Of a DNA stretch of 64,000 nucleotides, positions 37,051 to 48,983 are shown piece after piece. The translations under genes were made by a program, and so were the position numbers. Origin of the DNA: Harriotta raleighana (taxonomy: Eukaryota); contig JBNZDD010013732.1 of the NCBI GenBank assembly GCA_050575255.1, forward strand, positions 10,322,801 to 10,386,800. The letters are read 5' to 3'. The notes below the pieces were generated by a model, which made no database searches, was not told the DNA's origin, and saw only the letters and a program-made list of their open reading frames with translations. Each line of letters opens with the position of its first letter. Within the stretch, counting starts at the first letter, position 1.

Positions 37051-37449
37051 TGTTTGGGTTTGGAGAAACTCAGTGACCTTTGTTTTCTCAAGTGTTTCCA
37101 ATTAACTTTGGACAATGGATGATAGAAATATATTGTCTAGCAGATATGATAAAATTAGGAACAATATACAGTACAGTACAAACAGAAGCATTACTCCATG
37201 TATCAAATCCTTAAAATATTGCAAGCATGCATTTTGTGTCTGGTTATGTATATGCCTGTATTCTCTGCTAAAGAATACATCTTTATTACTTGCCTAAAAA
37301 ATAATAGTTTTTAAAAATAATTTAGACTCAGTCTACACACCATTTTAAAACTCCCAAAATGTTAAATCAATTACCATAACCTATCTTTTGGGCTTAATTT
37401 CCACAACCTTTAGATTCAAAAGCCTGTTTTATGATCGTAAAATTATTTG

Positions 37450-38400
37450 CCATATGGTTCAGCTGCCTGTGATCCTCTTACAATTAGAGGATTAGGCTGG
37501 AGATATAATATACTGGAGATAGAGCCAGGCTCGCAGCTGGTCCAGATAATGCCAACAAATGGCTTCATATATCTCCTTGTCATGCAGGAGCTGGTGCGAT
37601 GAGAATCAGCCTGGAGTACAATTAAAATTGACATCATCTCTGATCAAGGTGATATAGGTTCCGACACAAGTACTGTGCTGGTTTCACCTTCTTTAAAATG
37701 TAACAGAAGGAACAAGCTGTTCCTTTAACCTCATCACACTTCAAGTATACTTTCCAAAGCAAAACCGTGCAAACATCAAGGCAGTAAATCAAAAAGTGGC
37801 TGTTTGATGTGACTCACTTGAGAATGCTTTCAGGAAAGGAGCTATATTCTTGCTCGATGTGGTTCCTCAGGTGCCTGTTATATACTTTACCCAAATGCTC
37901 ATTATTTATAAGAGGGGTCAAGGCAATGGTNTCTTCATTGTGGGTCACAAAAAGCTTTAATCTAAGATGTGCTGGAGTTAAGCCTCTGGATCTACGTTCA
38001 GACTTCCAGTTTGCAAAAGTGGAAACTGACATCATCAGGCTAAGTGGAATTTCTGTGCATTGAGCACGGAATATTTGAGATTCATGAGTTACAAATCCTT
38101 TTGCAACTTCTGCAATTTAGACTTAAGGAGTGCCAAGCAGGCTATTCGATCTTGTTAGACATCTCAGGCAGGACCTTCCTCACCCAAAGCACAATTTCCA
38201 GGAGAATCGCTAGAAATGAATCAGAAACCTTGCCTACTGTGTCTCCTTAATCCAGAAGGGATATAGTTAAGCTTCTGCGATCATTTCCATCAGCACAAAC
38301 CAGAATTCAAACCTCACTCTATGTGATCCAAATTTGTTGCAGGAGTGACTTTATTAATCAAATCAACAGAAGAACTTTTAATCTCTTTTCTACGAGATCC
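37450..38400 (-). mobile_element. Decayed L1/Tx1-like LINE ORF2 fragment
   Basis: Frameshifted minus-strand peptides in the correct order: SQIFRAQCTEI..DDVSFHFCKLE (cf. IIFRSR...D..S.FFF.LE), LKEQLVPSV and TCVGTYITLIRDD (cf. TC.VPGR.I.DN..LIRD). Confidence 0.45.
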
Positions 38401-38487
38401 CATTTTTTAGATGTGAACTTCCTGTGAACAAACATTTTTAAAAAAGGATAAAGTTGCTCAAGTCAATGCTGTATTAAGCTTTCCCTA

Positions 38488-38692
38488 AACACAAGGTAAA
38501 CTACTGCAGATGCTGGAAATCTGACATAAAAACAGAAGTCGCTCAGAACACTCAGCAGGTCAGGCAGCCTCTATGGAGAGAGAAAAGTGAGTGTTGACAA
38601 AAGATCATCGACCTGTAACTTTAACTCACATTCCTCTCTCCACAGATGCTGACTGACCTGCTGATTGTTTCCAGTGACATTTGTTTTTATTT
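38488..38692. mobile_element. Short palindromic Penelope-like derivative with a decayed hammerhead
   Basis: Inverted arms cagcaggtcaggcagcctctatggagagag and ctctctccacagatgctgactgacctgctg. The centre TTGACAAAAGATCATCGACCTGTAACTTTAACT resembles CTGACGAAAGGTCATCGACCTGAAACGTTAACT. Confidence 0.8.
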
Positions 38693-39399
38693 TATTTAAG
38701 TATTCCTTAATCATGCACTGCAGGTTTAAATTTTGGGCAAATCTCTCACATAACCTCTGCAACAATGTACATCAATTTGAAATTCAAAAGAGCATTTCCT
38801 TTACAATTATAGTAACATTCCCATCTCTCAGTTAAATTCTGTTGCACTACCAATGGAGTTGAGACTGGCCAAAATTCTTCTTCAGACTTGTATCGTCATC
38901 AGCAATAGGCATTTGATATAGGAGGAATAACTATTCATCCTTCTGAGCAACTTCGTGCTTGAGATCAAATGTGAAAGATAACTGTTCCATCTCAACACCA
39001 ATATCTCTATGGTTTTACAAAAGGTTTTGAATAGATGAAAGATCCAGGGATGGTACAATGAGACTACACTGAAGATGTATATCTACACTGAAGATCTACA
39101 CGGCTGCATTCTTACCTAATCTATCTCATAGATTGACATTCAATCAAAGAGGTTCTTTTATCGTTCACTTCATGCCCCAGTTAAAAAAGACAGCATGCAT
39201 TTAAAAAATAAATTGCTGCAACGAATAACAAGAACCAGACATAATAGCTGATGCAGCTTCATATAATGTTGTTATACATAGTGTATAATGCTGCTGTGGA
39301 AGTTTTAAGCACTTCTCCCCCAATTTTACTTTTCATTTACCCCTTTGAAATTACTCACACCCTTGTGAGTTAAGACATGGCCTGGTAATACACAAAGAC

Positions 39400-39645
39400 A
39401 TCTAAACCAGAGGGCTATATTAGTTGGTCTCAGCATGGTAGTTCTCTGGGCAATTCATTTGGGTTGAGGATGCCTTAGTCTGATGAGGGGATAACAAACC
39501 AGGATTCCCAGATGTAATCATATTTCAGTAGCCCCTTCTGGAAGTGGATACCTTGCTAAGGTGGAAATCAGATTTGAATCCACACATATTTTCCAAAAGG
39601 ATTTACTGAATGACAATCATGGAAGGGACCTTGGATGTTTCTTCC
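39400..39645 (+). mobile_element. Family X SINE fragment
   Basis: ttagttggtctcagc, aaccaggattcccagatgtaatc and cagtagccccttctggaag. Confidence 0.45.
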
Positions 39646-40859
39646 CCACCTCCTTGGTTTGAGTCATGAATGGTCTTAAGATTCCTTTGTGGTTGGGATG
39701 GGGGAGGCAGAACATTCCCGTGAAGGAGTTTCTTTGACTCCTTCATGATTATTGCACCAATGAATGGTGTTCACAAATTTCCACAATTTGGAGATGTCTC
39801 TATCAATTATGTGATATGAGAAGATAATCTTTATACATGTGTGTTCTCTGATTAAGCAGGCAATACTCAATCGTCCACTCTACAATAATCCCACCATTTT
39901 CCTTGGAGAAACGCACCAGGATGCTCTAATTAACAGCTTCCTATATTTATGCTTAAAAACCTTGTCTCATTTAAATTAACATGAAATTATATTCCAGTCC
40001 CAATATGTAACTGGAAATCTTAACTTATTTACAGGTTTTTTAAAGTCATGATAATTTGAACTGAAAGCAGCATGTTGTGCAGTTAATCATGTTGAACAGT
40101 CAGTTAGTGAAATAAAGTTAATTGGTTTCTCTGGCCTTAGTTATACCGCGATGTGAGCTCATTTAACGCAGAAGATGTTCAAATTTTGCAGTTAAATGGA
40201 AAGCTTCCAAAAACACAAATTGTCAAGAAGGATTTCAATTACAGCTAAACATCTGCTTGAATGGAAAATTGAAAAGTATTAAGGAATGAAATTTTACCCT
40301 CATTTGTAGCAGGAGATTTAAACATAATTTACTGCTGTTAGAGTAAAACTAAATACAAACCAGGTCTATCTAATTACAATACAAATAAACACAGTCACAC
40401 CCAGAAGTGAGCCAATGGACTCTTGAAAGACAGCAAAACGTTTCCCTGCTGAGAGAACACCAGACTGTTCTTTTGATGCCAAATGGTTAATGATGTTCAA
40501 AAACCCAGATGAATGCAATTATTAATCCTATCTTTCATGATGGTAAAATCAAGTAGTTAGTTACAGACCAGCATGCATGCTGCCTGATAAATATCTACAG
40601 GCTATTTTCATTTGCATTTTCATAGGCACTGCAAGCTTGTGGCTGATTTGCATTTGATTTTAGTAAGAACTTGCAATATTAAAAAAAAGGATCAATTTTA
40701 CAGCAGCATCTTTTTTGTTAGCCAAATTGAGCTGAATTTTCTAAACGAGTCTTGAAACGGAAAAATGTTGGCTATCAAATTGTAGGAAACAGCAATCTCA
40801 TCCATTAACCTTATCCGTCAGAAAATCCACCTGGCAAACGTATTATAGATGCAAAAGGC

Positions 40860-41168
40860 ATAATAATAAGCATCCTTTCATTTGATAAGGTGCTTTTCAA
40901 GTCTTCTAGACATCACAAAGACTTCTGCTTCACAGAATATACTGTAAAATGAGTTGACTGTATATATGTGGGCGAAACGCGGCAGCCAATTGCGCACAGC
41001 AGTGTCCCCCAAAACGTTGTGGATTGAAGTTGCAAATTTTTAATTCTTTTTGGAGGAATCATTATCAGGCATGTGGAGTAAGGAAACTTGCTCAAAGTTT
41101 CACCCTGCCTGGAATCAAACCCAGGTCTCTCGCTTGTAAAGCGAGTGCTCTAACCACTGAGCTACAGA
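40860..41168 (-). mobile_element. Full-length Deu SINE (first unit of a tandem pair)
   Basis: Head ctgtagctcagtggttagagcactcgctttacaagcgagagacctgggtttgattcc, Deu body and tail. Confidence 0.92.
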
Positions 41169-41173
41169 ACAGA

Positions 41174-41480
41174 ACATAATAATCCTTGAATTTAATATAA
41201 TACTTTTCACGTCTTCTTGAAGTCTCAAAGTGCTTCACAGAATATACTGTAAAATGATTTGACTGTATATATGTGGGCAAAATGCGGCAGCTAATCGTGC
41301 ACAGCAGTGTCCAACAAACAATCGTGGATTGAAATGACCAATTTTATTATTGTGGTTTTTTTTTAGGGCTTATTATTAGGCATGTGGAGCAAGGAAACAC
41401 CCTCAAGATTTTGTCCTGACCTGCCTGGATTCAGACACAGGTCTCACGCTTGTCAGGCGACCATTGAGCTACAAGACTCC
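41174..41480 (-). mobile_element. Full-length Deu SINE (second unit of a tandem pair)
   Basis: Head ggagtcttgtagctcaatgg, Deu body, and a tail abutting the neighbouring head. Confidence 0.9.
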
Positions 41481-41864
41481 ACTAGAAACTGACACTTTAA
41501 GGAAAAGCTGGATGCTTTTGGTGCGAGGGGAATTGCTTCAGCAGAATTATCATGAGCAAGGACTGAATGATATGCATCCACTGTTCTGGAAGAATTCAAA
41601 AAGTGTGACTGCATTTCCGGTGAAACAATTTAAAAATGCTTAATTCGGTTAGGTTCCGTGAAAACTTTTATAAATCCTTCTGGAAAGATATTGAATAATC
41701 TTACACCACACGCGTTGGTCAAAAGCATATTTCTGCCAAACATGAAAACAAATTGACCTTGTCCAAATGTTCATCATAATTGCCAATAGTCATCTTCTCC
41801 ACATGCTCACTTTGATCTGCATCAGTACATGAGGCATATCAGTACTATGCCACTACCTCACTCT

Positions 41865-42472
41865 TCAGGCCACTGAAACTCTCATTCATGCCTTCATCAC
41901 ATCCAGGCTCGACTATGCTAATGTTGGTTGGCCTTCCCAATTCTTCCCTCCATTGGCTGCAGATAATCCAGAACTCTGCGGCCCCTGTCCTGTACATCTC
42001 CAAGCTCTGTAACCCCATCACCCCGACTCCATTGACCCCCATCATCCAGAGGATTCAATTCAATATCTTGGTCCTCACCTTCAAAGCCCTCCATGGCCTC
42101 ACCCTACCCTAACTCCGCGACCTCCTAATACCCTAGCAATCCTTCTGGTCAGCAGGCTCTGGCTTGTTCCATGTCCCCTGACCCACCTGCCCCACCACTG
42201 GCGGACAAGCCTTCAAATACTCTTCCTGCATCTTCTGGAACTCCATTCTGTAGACTTCTGTCTTGTCCCCTCTCTTGCATCCTTCAAGACCCATTTCAAA
42301 ACCCCCTCTACGACAGTGATCTTGGTCACCCACCTTCCACACCTCCCTATACCCTCCCGGATCCTGATTCCAAGCTTGAGTCTGAAACATTGAATTGTTC
42401 GGTGCCCTGGGATGTCCACCCGACATGAAAGGCACTATACAAGTGTAATTTTGTTGTTATTGTTGTTGTTGA
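41865..42472 (+). mobile_element. L2 3' fragment
   Basis: ETLIHAFITSRLDYAN and GLPNSSLHWLQIIQNSAA...IQRIQFNILVLTFKALHGL, then 3' UTR and TTG tail. Confidence 0.92.
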
Positions 42473-42740
42473 TGTTATCATTGTTGAACTCCCTTCCGTA
42501 ACTCCTAAATATCATTCTAATCTTTTGGTTAACTCTACAATTAAATAAATGTGGACATCTGAATCTTAAGAAAATGACCGAAGCATTTTCAATAGTACCA
42601 GAATAGACATGGGTTTGAATAAAGACTTTTCAAAAACAACACAAACCTGATGTTTTTGTAAACCATTTTTTTTTAAGTAACTTTTTCCTGTTCTGAATTA
42701 ATGTCACAGGAAAAAGTACAGATGCAGGTCCATTTCGTGG

Positions 42741-42900
42741 AATCATAGAATTATACAGCACAGAAGGAGAACATTTGGCCTATCGTGTCTGTGCCGGCTC
42801 TTTGAAAAGAACCATCCAAATCAATCCCATTCTCTCTTCTCATAGTCCTACAAACCTGCCCTTCCCAAACAACTATCTACTCTCTTACAAGTTGTTATCA
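42741..42900 (-). mobile_element. CR1 3' UTR tail
   Basis: aatcatagaattatacagcacagaaggagaacatttggcctatcgtgtctgtgccggctc. Confidence 0.8.
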
Positions 42901-43044
42901 AATCAGTCTAAAGCATTGTTATCAAATTTGATCCTATCCTTCAAGAATACCTTCACTAACATTTTCCCACAACATAAATATATGAATATTCAGAACAACT
43001 TCACTACAAACTATAGGCATGCTGAGATCCTATTAATAATTATC

Positions 43045-43280
43045 CTCACATTTAGTATAGCACCATTCAGAGAGGACATCCCATATCATTTCCTAGAATA
43101 TACAGGACTACTGTATAAAGTGGAATAATTTTGTGGGCGAACACAGCAGAGAATTTGTGCACACCAATGTCCCACAAACAGCCATGGAGTGAATGGCCAA
43201 GTTTATTTCAGGGATTGTTGGCCAGGACACTGGGAGAAACTGGTACATCCCCAGCACTGCATCAGTGTCATCTTAGACAA
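43045..43280 (-). mobile_element. SacSINE1-like remnant
   Basis: aatttgtgcacaccaatgtcccacaaacagcc, ttggccaggacactgggagaaact and cccagcactgca. Confidence 0.7.
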
Positions 43281-44022
43281 TGTTAGTTCCATGTCCTGTG
43301 ACAAAATAATTGGAGCTGGAGATAAGATCATATATTAGCAAGGTATAATCTAACTATGCATGACACTAAATAGCTAACAACAATACACAAAGACACCATT
43401 TGAACTTTCTATGACCTCTTTCCATTTTGAGCCAAGCACCCGAGATCTGGATAAACACAATGTTCTAAAAACAATTTATTCATAATATTCCCTCTTAGTT
43501 TCAACAATATGCTTTATGCAACCACATAATGCACAATAATGGTTTATCTGGAGGATAGCCAATCAGAAGTGAAACGATTCAAAATTGTAATACCAATGAA
43601 GATTGATGTTGTGATTCTGAACTGGAAAGTACTGCATACTTCCCCATGTTTTTTCACCTTCATAACTGATACCCTGCAACACTCTGGGGCTAAAAAAAAA
43701 TGTGTTGGATTACATTTGCTAGAGAATTATCCTTGGATGATTAAAAAATACTTCATTCACTGGATTATTTTTTCCAACGTTTCCAACAGTACATCCTTAC
43801 AGTTATCCATGTCTGGTGAGAATTACACACAAATATATCTTCAGAGATACACTGACTCACTATCCTCATTCTTCTAATTTAAGATATGGAAATATCCATT
43901 GTTTGAATAAACAATTGTCTAGTGTACCAAATCAACTAGTGATTTATTTAATGTTCGTTTATGGTGTGTAGTACAGAGGAGTTCCCATTAACTGAAAATT
44001 GTTTTGGGAGTCAGTTGTGCCT

Positions 44023-44120
44023 AGAAACCCATCACCATCCTTAAGAGTATACAACCCAAACTGAGAAGCTCATGTATCCCACCTCACATGGAAATTCCAA
44101 ATATGGATTGTTGGAATGGA
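44023..44120 (-). repeat. Family Y repeat, partial copy
   Basis: gaaacccatcaccatccttaagagtatacaacccaaactgagaagctcatgtatcccacctcacatggaaattcca aligns with 59329-59405. Confidence 0.7.
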
Positions 44121-44989
44121 ATAATTACTTTTATTCAACATCTAAGGTACAATTCTTCCATTTCTGGGTTTTTATTTGTTTTCAGACACTTGAGCCTATC
44201 TGAAACCTCAGTTGAAGTCCTGAAGCTCAAATACCATTTACTGGATGTTGAGCAGCAAGTCTTTAGTGTTCTACAGGTTAAAATATCATAAAATGTTGTT
44301 TAATATATTCAGTATTTCATGTTCTATTTTTAAATTTTCTTTGGATCTCTTAAGAGTTTTAACATTTTCCCTAACTGCCCTCTTATTCATAGAATATTGA
44401 ATAGGATTGGCACTATGTTTTCCATTTGCTGCTATGTCCCTTTCCGGTTCTCTCTCAGCACATCTTATCTGTACAGACATATTCGGCCAAATGGTCCCTT
44501 CTCCCTGCAATCTTCATTTTATCTTAATCTCCACTTTTATTTTCTTGCTTTATCATTTTGGAGCATTTTTGATTAATTTGCTCCTGCTGAACTTGGTTAC
44601 GTGCTTGTCTTTGAAGCTGCATATTGTTCTGAAGGATACCCATCCTCAGCTGATTTGTCCTTGAATAATGCTCTCCATCTACATCACGTCACTCAGCCTT
44701 CAAATCTTGAAAGTTTATTTGTCTAGATTCTAAGATTACATTTTTAAAATAATGCACAATATAATATTATTCCTGTCACTAGCAGTTTACAAGCTAACTC
44801 TGGGTTTACAACAAATCACTGAGATCAATTGGTTTATGTGTTCCTCATGTTCCATATTAACTAACACAGTAGGAAACAACAGGTGATGTAGAGTTCTTGA
44901 CTTACTCTGTAACAATGTGTGCAATTTGTTTTTCAAATATTTGAGAATATTCCTGCAATTGATGTAGATTGGTAAAAAAAAGAAGTTTA

Positions 44990-45122
44990 ATAAGTGCGCA
45001 TACTCGCACATTGCATGCATGCGCAAAGTGAGCAAACTCACGATTGCTGGAATGGGGAATTGCCCCAGAAGGGGGTTGAGCAATCCGGTTGATCGGATCA
45101 GGATAAACGGGATTTTATTGTA
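44990..45122. mobile_element. Possible end of a pogo/Tigger-type element
   Basis: ggataaacgggattttattg|ta resembles the right TIR at 36140-36161, with CpG-richer subterminal sequence. No matching left TIR was found. Confidence 0.4.
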
Positions 45123-45333
45123 TATATCTCAACCTAAAATTGCAACTGTTCCACTGCACCGGCATGACATTTGGGATGTTGCATACTGTTATTGAATTGG
45201 TCTCATATCCACAAAATCATTATTTTACCCTATTGCTTTAACAAAATACTGTACACACATTCTTTACACAAAGAATTGTGACATGCATGGTACCAGGGAG
45301 TTGAAGCAGAAAATTGTTACCAGAACTACTACT

Positions 45334-45912
45334 ACAACAACAAAATTACATTTGTATAATCAGGGATCATGGAGGGTAGACGGGGGGAGGGGGGCGAATG
45401 GAGGAGGGTGAATATAGGCAAAGTCGAAGAGGAGGGTGTTGAGACAGTTCTTGAAGGAGGCAATGGACAGGACGAAGCAGAGGGACTGCCAAGTGGAGTT
45501 CTGAAGGGTAGGGCCAGAGTGGTTGTAGGCCTGCCTGCCAAGAATGGAGTGGGCGAGGCGGGATGTGATGCAGGCCGGAGTCCGCTGAACAGAGGAAGCG
45601 GGCAGGTTGGTAAGGGGGTAGAAGATTACAGAGGTTGCAGAGATTACAGAGGAACACTAGGATCTTGAACTGTAATCTTTATGTCATTTCAGCGCCTTGG
45701 GACGTTCTCCCGACGTGAAAGGCACTCTGTAAATGTAATTTGGTTGTTGTTGTCATTGAAAGCCAGTGGAGTCAGGTGAGGATGAGGGTCACAGAGCCTG
45801 TTGGGGGAGTGGACACTCGTAGCAGAATTCTGCATGGCCTGTAGCCTATGGAGGGAAGAGTTGGGGAGGCCAACAAACAGAGAATTTGCGTAGTCAAGCC
45901 TGGATGTTATGA
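45334..45912 (-). mobile_element. L2 3' fragment with an antisense L2 stub (45689-45750) nested inside
   Basis: ITSRLDYANSLFVGLPNSSLHRLQAMQNSA. The stub is flanked by TGTCATT repeats at 45682-45688 and 45751-45757. Confidence 0.88.
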
Positions 45913-46587
45913 TTCTTGGCGCACAGTCTGGGCAGCCTGCAATGTAAGACAGTGGCAGTGTGAGACAGAAATCTAACTTTCCAATTGATCTGCCTTTCCT
46001 CAATGCTCTAGTGAAGCACATATTGGCAGTCTTTTATGATCCATTTCAAACTCTTTCTAAAGCAGTTTTGAAACTCTTACAAAGTGTGCAAAAAACATTG
46101 GGCTTTATAAACCATTTGATTAGATCATAGCAGATATTTTAACTCGATTTACCCAGCTTTCCTCCAATTCTCTTGAAACTCTTACATCTGAATTATCTAT
46201 ATGGCTGCCTTTTAAATATCTGAATGGGATGTAATGCCATTGTGAATGTGTACCATTTCCTAACATAATGAAGTACTTTCACTTATCAACTGGCCAAAAC
46301 CTGGCCAAAGTTTTGATTGTTTCTGATTTTGTTACTTTGATTCTTATATCCACTGAATTCTTTCGGGCCATTATACAATGTTTGCTTTTAATTCAAATCA
46401 CCAATTTCACCCAAAAATAATAAAACAATGAATTCATTTGCAACATTCACACTGGCATTTCTTAAGACTGTAAAGAGAATATGTGACTTCCCAAATACTC
46501 AATTGTTTACTGCAACATCCAGTGTGAAATTGAGCCAGGAAATATTTGGATGAAATGAATTTCAGTTTCTTGTATTGTTGAAAATTC

Positions 46588-46860
46588 CCAGTCTGCATTG
46601 AGTTAGCTGACCTCGATCTTTAGAGGAATTGGGGCGTAACAATTGGCTATGATTACACTGGGGCTTATTCATTGATCCCACCTGCGAGAATGTGCATTTG
46701 TGTTTGTCAGGTGAACTCAGACAGAGGCAAGGCTATGATACCTCTCCCCCCACCCCACTCTCAATAGTCAAAGACTATTCCAACTCTCATCATCTGAGCT
46801 TGCACATAAAGAATGTTCATTTGGGAATGTGGTTGGCATGATTGGAACTGTGTCCAAGCA
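46588..46860 (+). mobile_element. Family X SINE body
   Basis: tgagttagctgacctc, ggggcgtaacaattggc, gtcaggtgaactcagac and gcacataaagaatgttcatttggg. Confidence 0.5.
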
Positions 46861-47789
46861 AAACAATACCAATAACAAAATTACATTTAAAAAGTCAGTG
46901 CATTCCGAGGAGGAGAGAGGAGCAGGTAGTAGGAGACAACTGGATTGGGATGAACTTCAACAAAAGTGAAAATATCCCTCTTTTCTTCTTCCAAACTGGT
47001 TTCTAAACCATCTAAATTGTTTAATTATTATCTAAACAGTTAATAATCATGATCAACAGCACATTGGCACAAAGAGACAGCCTTTTAATAAGGCAAGGCA
47101 GAATTATATTTACAGTATAAATATTATTCACATAACATGATGCATGAACTGTAATTGTTATTCATTCCTCTCTGCTGATGGAGGAACTTCTCTTCAGCCA
47201 ATCAAAGTCATGCTCTGTGAGAGAACAGAATTGGGGGCAGTGATGTTAGCAGTAATAATCTGGTCAGGTAAGATTATTAATATTAACAGTGCCATTTAAA
47301 CAAAGAGAAACTAGTAGATATTGTCATGACATAAATAACATAATCTCTTTTCATTGCTACCTTTAACACTGTTGAAACACACAGACATGAAAGAAATGAT
47401 GTTTTAGAATAAAATATTTCAAAATTTGTTAGTCCTACATTCAAGTGATAATATTGAACCTTCACTCATTCAATAAAGCATAATTGACAATAGCAGATTG
47501 AAGGTTCGGCCTGTGGTCTCATTTACCTTAAGTCAATCTACCTGTCACGAGGTGCAACCTCTTGCACTCCCACTGGTTAATTACTGAGTCATTAGTATTT
47601 ATTTACACATTATGCATCCAAATAGCTTCTTGTTGTACACAATGAACATATATTTTGAGTACTATCATGTTGTTGGACAATTACCCACTGAAACTATTTG
47701 CCTCAGAGGCCCTCATGTGAAAATTGCAGACTCCTTTCATCTTAAATACTTGAAAGGAGCTAATATCAATAACTATTCATTACGCGCCC

Positions 47790-48122
47790 CCTTACCTCTG
47801 CTCCCTCCCTCTGCTCAGCTGGCCCAGCCTGCTTCATGTCCCCACCTCGCCCACCCCATCTTTGTCAGGGGAGTTTTCAGCCATTCTGCCCCCACTCTCT
47901 GGAATTCCATCTCGCAAGAACATACCTCGCCCTCCCTTGCCTCATTTAAGACCCATGTCAAGACCCTCCACTTCAACTGTGCCTCAAATCACCCTCCTTG
48001 CTCCCCCGCCCTCCAACTTTCCCGAGCCCAAGCCCTAGCTTGGGTCTAAAACACTGACTGTCCAGTGCCTTGGAAAATCCTCCCGACATGAAATGTGCTA
48101 TACAAATGTAATTTTGTTGTTG
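47790..48122 (+). mobile_element. L2 3' fragment
   Basis: FSHSAPTLWNSISQ..SPSLASFKTHVKTLHF followed by the tail. Confidence 0.9.
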
Positions 48123-48607
48123 TAGTAGGAATGGGAGGAAGCAAAACAGTCAAGGATTAAGATTTTCTAGGTGAACTATTAATCTGTCTGAATCTGTCTC
48201 TGTAAACTTCAGAATTGAGTTCTTTCTTTCTGAGTATAAAAACTTGGATGAGGTCTCCAAATTCCAAAGCTTTCTTGTTCTCCAAAGCTCAAGAGAGAGA
48301 AACTATTTAGAAATGTGCAATGAGAGAGTTGTGCAATGAAAACCATTTCAAATTTTCTCATCTCTCCTTCCAGGAGAAACAAATGAGTGGGAAAAAAAAT
48401 TAAAGTTGTGGCAACATCTCTGTAGCATCCTCATTGCCACAGCTTCACACTTTCTTTACGCAACCAATCATTCAGTGTACAATCAACCATGACGATCTCT
48501 CCCTGTACATGCTCAAACCTTGGAGAAATTGGCGAGTGCTGCAAAATAAAGAAGTCGCTTGGAATACCTTCAGTTAAGTCAGATAAACAGGATAAAATGT
48601 AGGGAAT

Positions 48608-48983
48608 GAACAACAGCAGCAGCAACAACAAAAACAACAAAATTACAATTATATAGTGCCTTTCACGTTGGGAGGACATCTCAAAGCGCTGAACAGTCAG
48701 GTCGGGATGAGTTAAGGGGGAGCCGAAGGCACGGTGGAAGAGGAAGGTCTTGAGACCAGCCGTGAACAAGGAAAGGGAGGAAGCAAGGCTGAGGGACTGC
48801 AGGATGGAGTTCCATAATGTGGGGGCAGAGAAGCTGAAAGCCCAGACAGCAGTGGTTAAGGCGGTGGACATGGAACAGGCCTGAGTCTGCTGAACGGAGG
48901 GTTCGGGCAGGCTGATAGGGAGACAGCAGGTCAGAGAGATAGGCAGAGGCAAGGCCATGAATGGCTTTGAAAGTTAGGACGAG
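48608..48983 (-). mobile_element. L2 3' fragment
   Basis: AFSFSAPTLWNSILQSLSLASSLSLFTAGLKTFLFHRAF followed by the tail. Confidence 0.92.
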
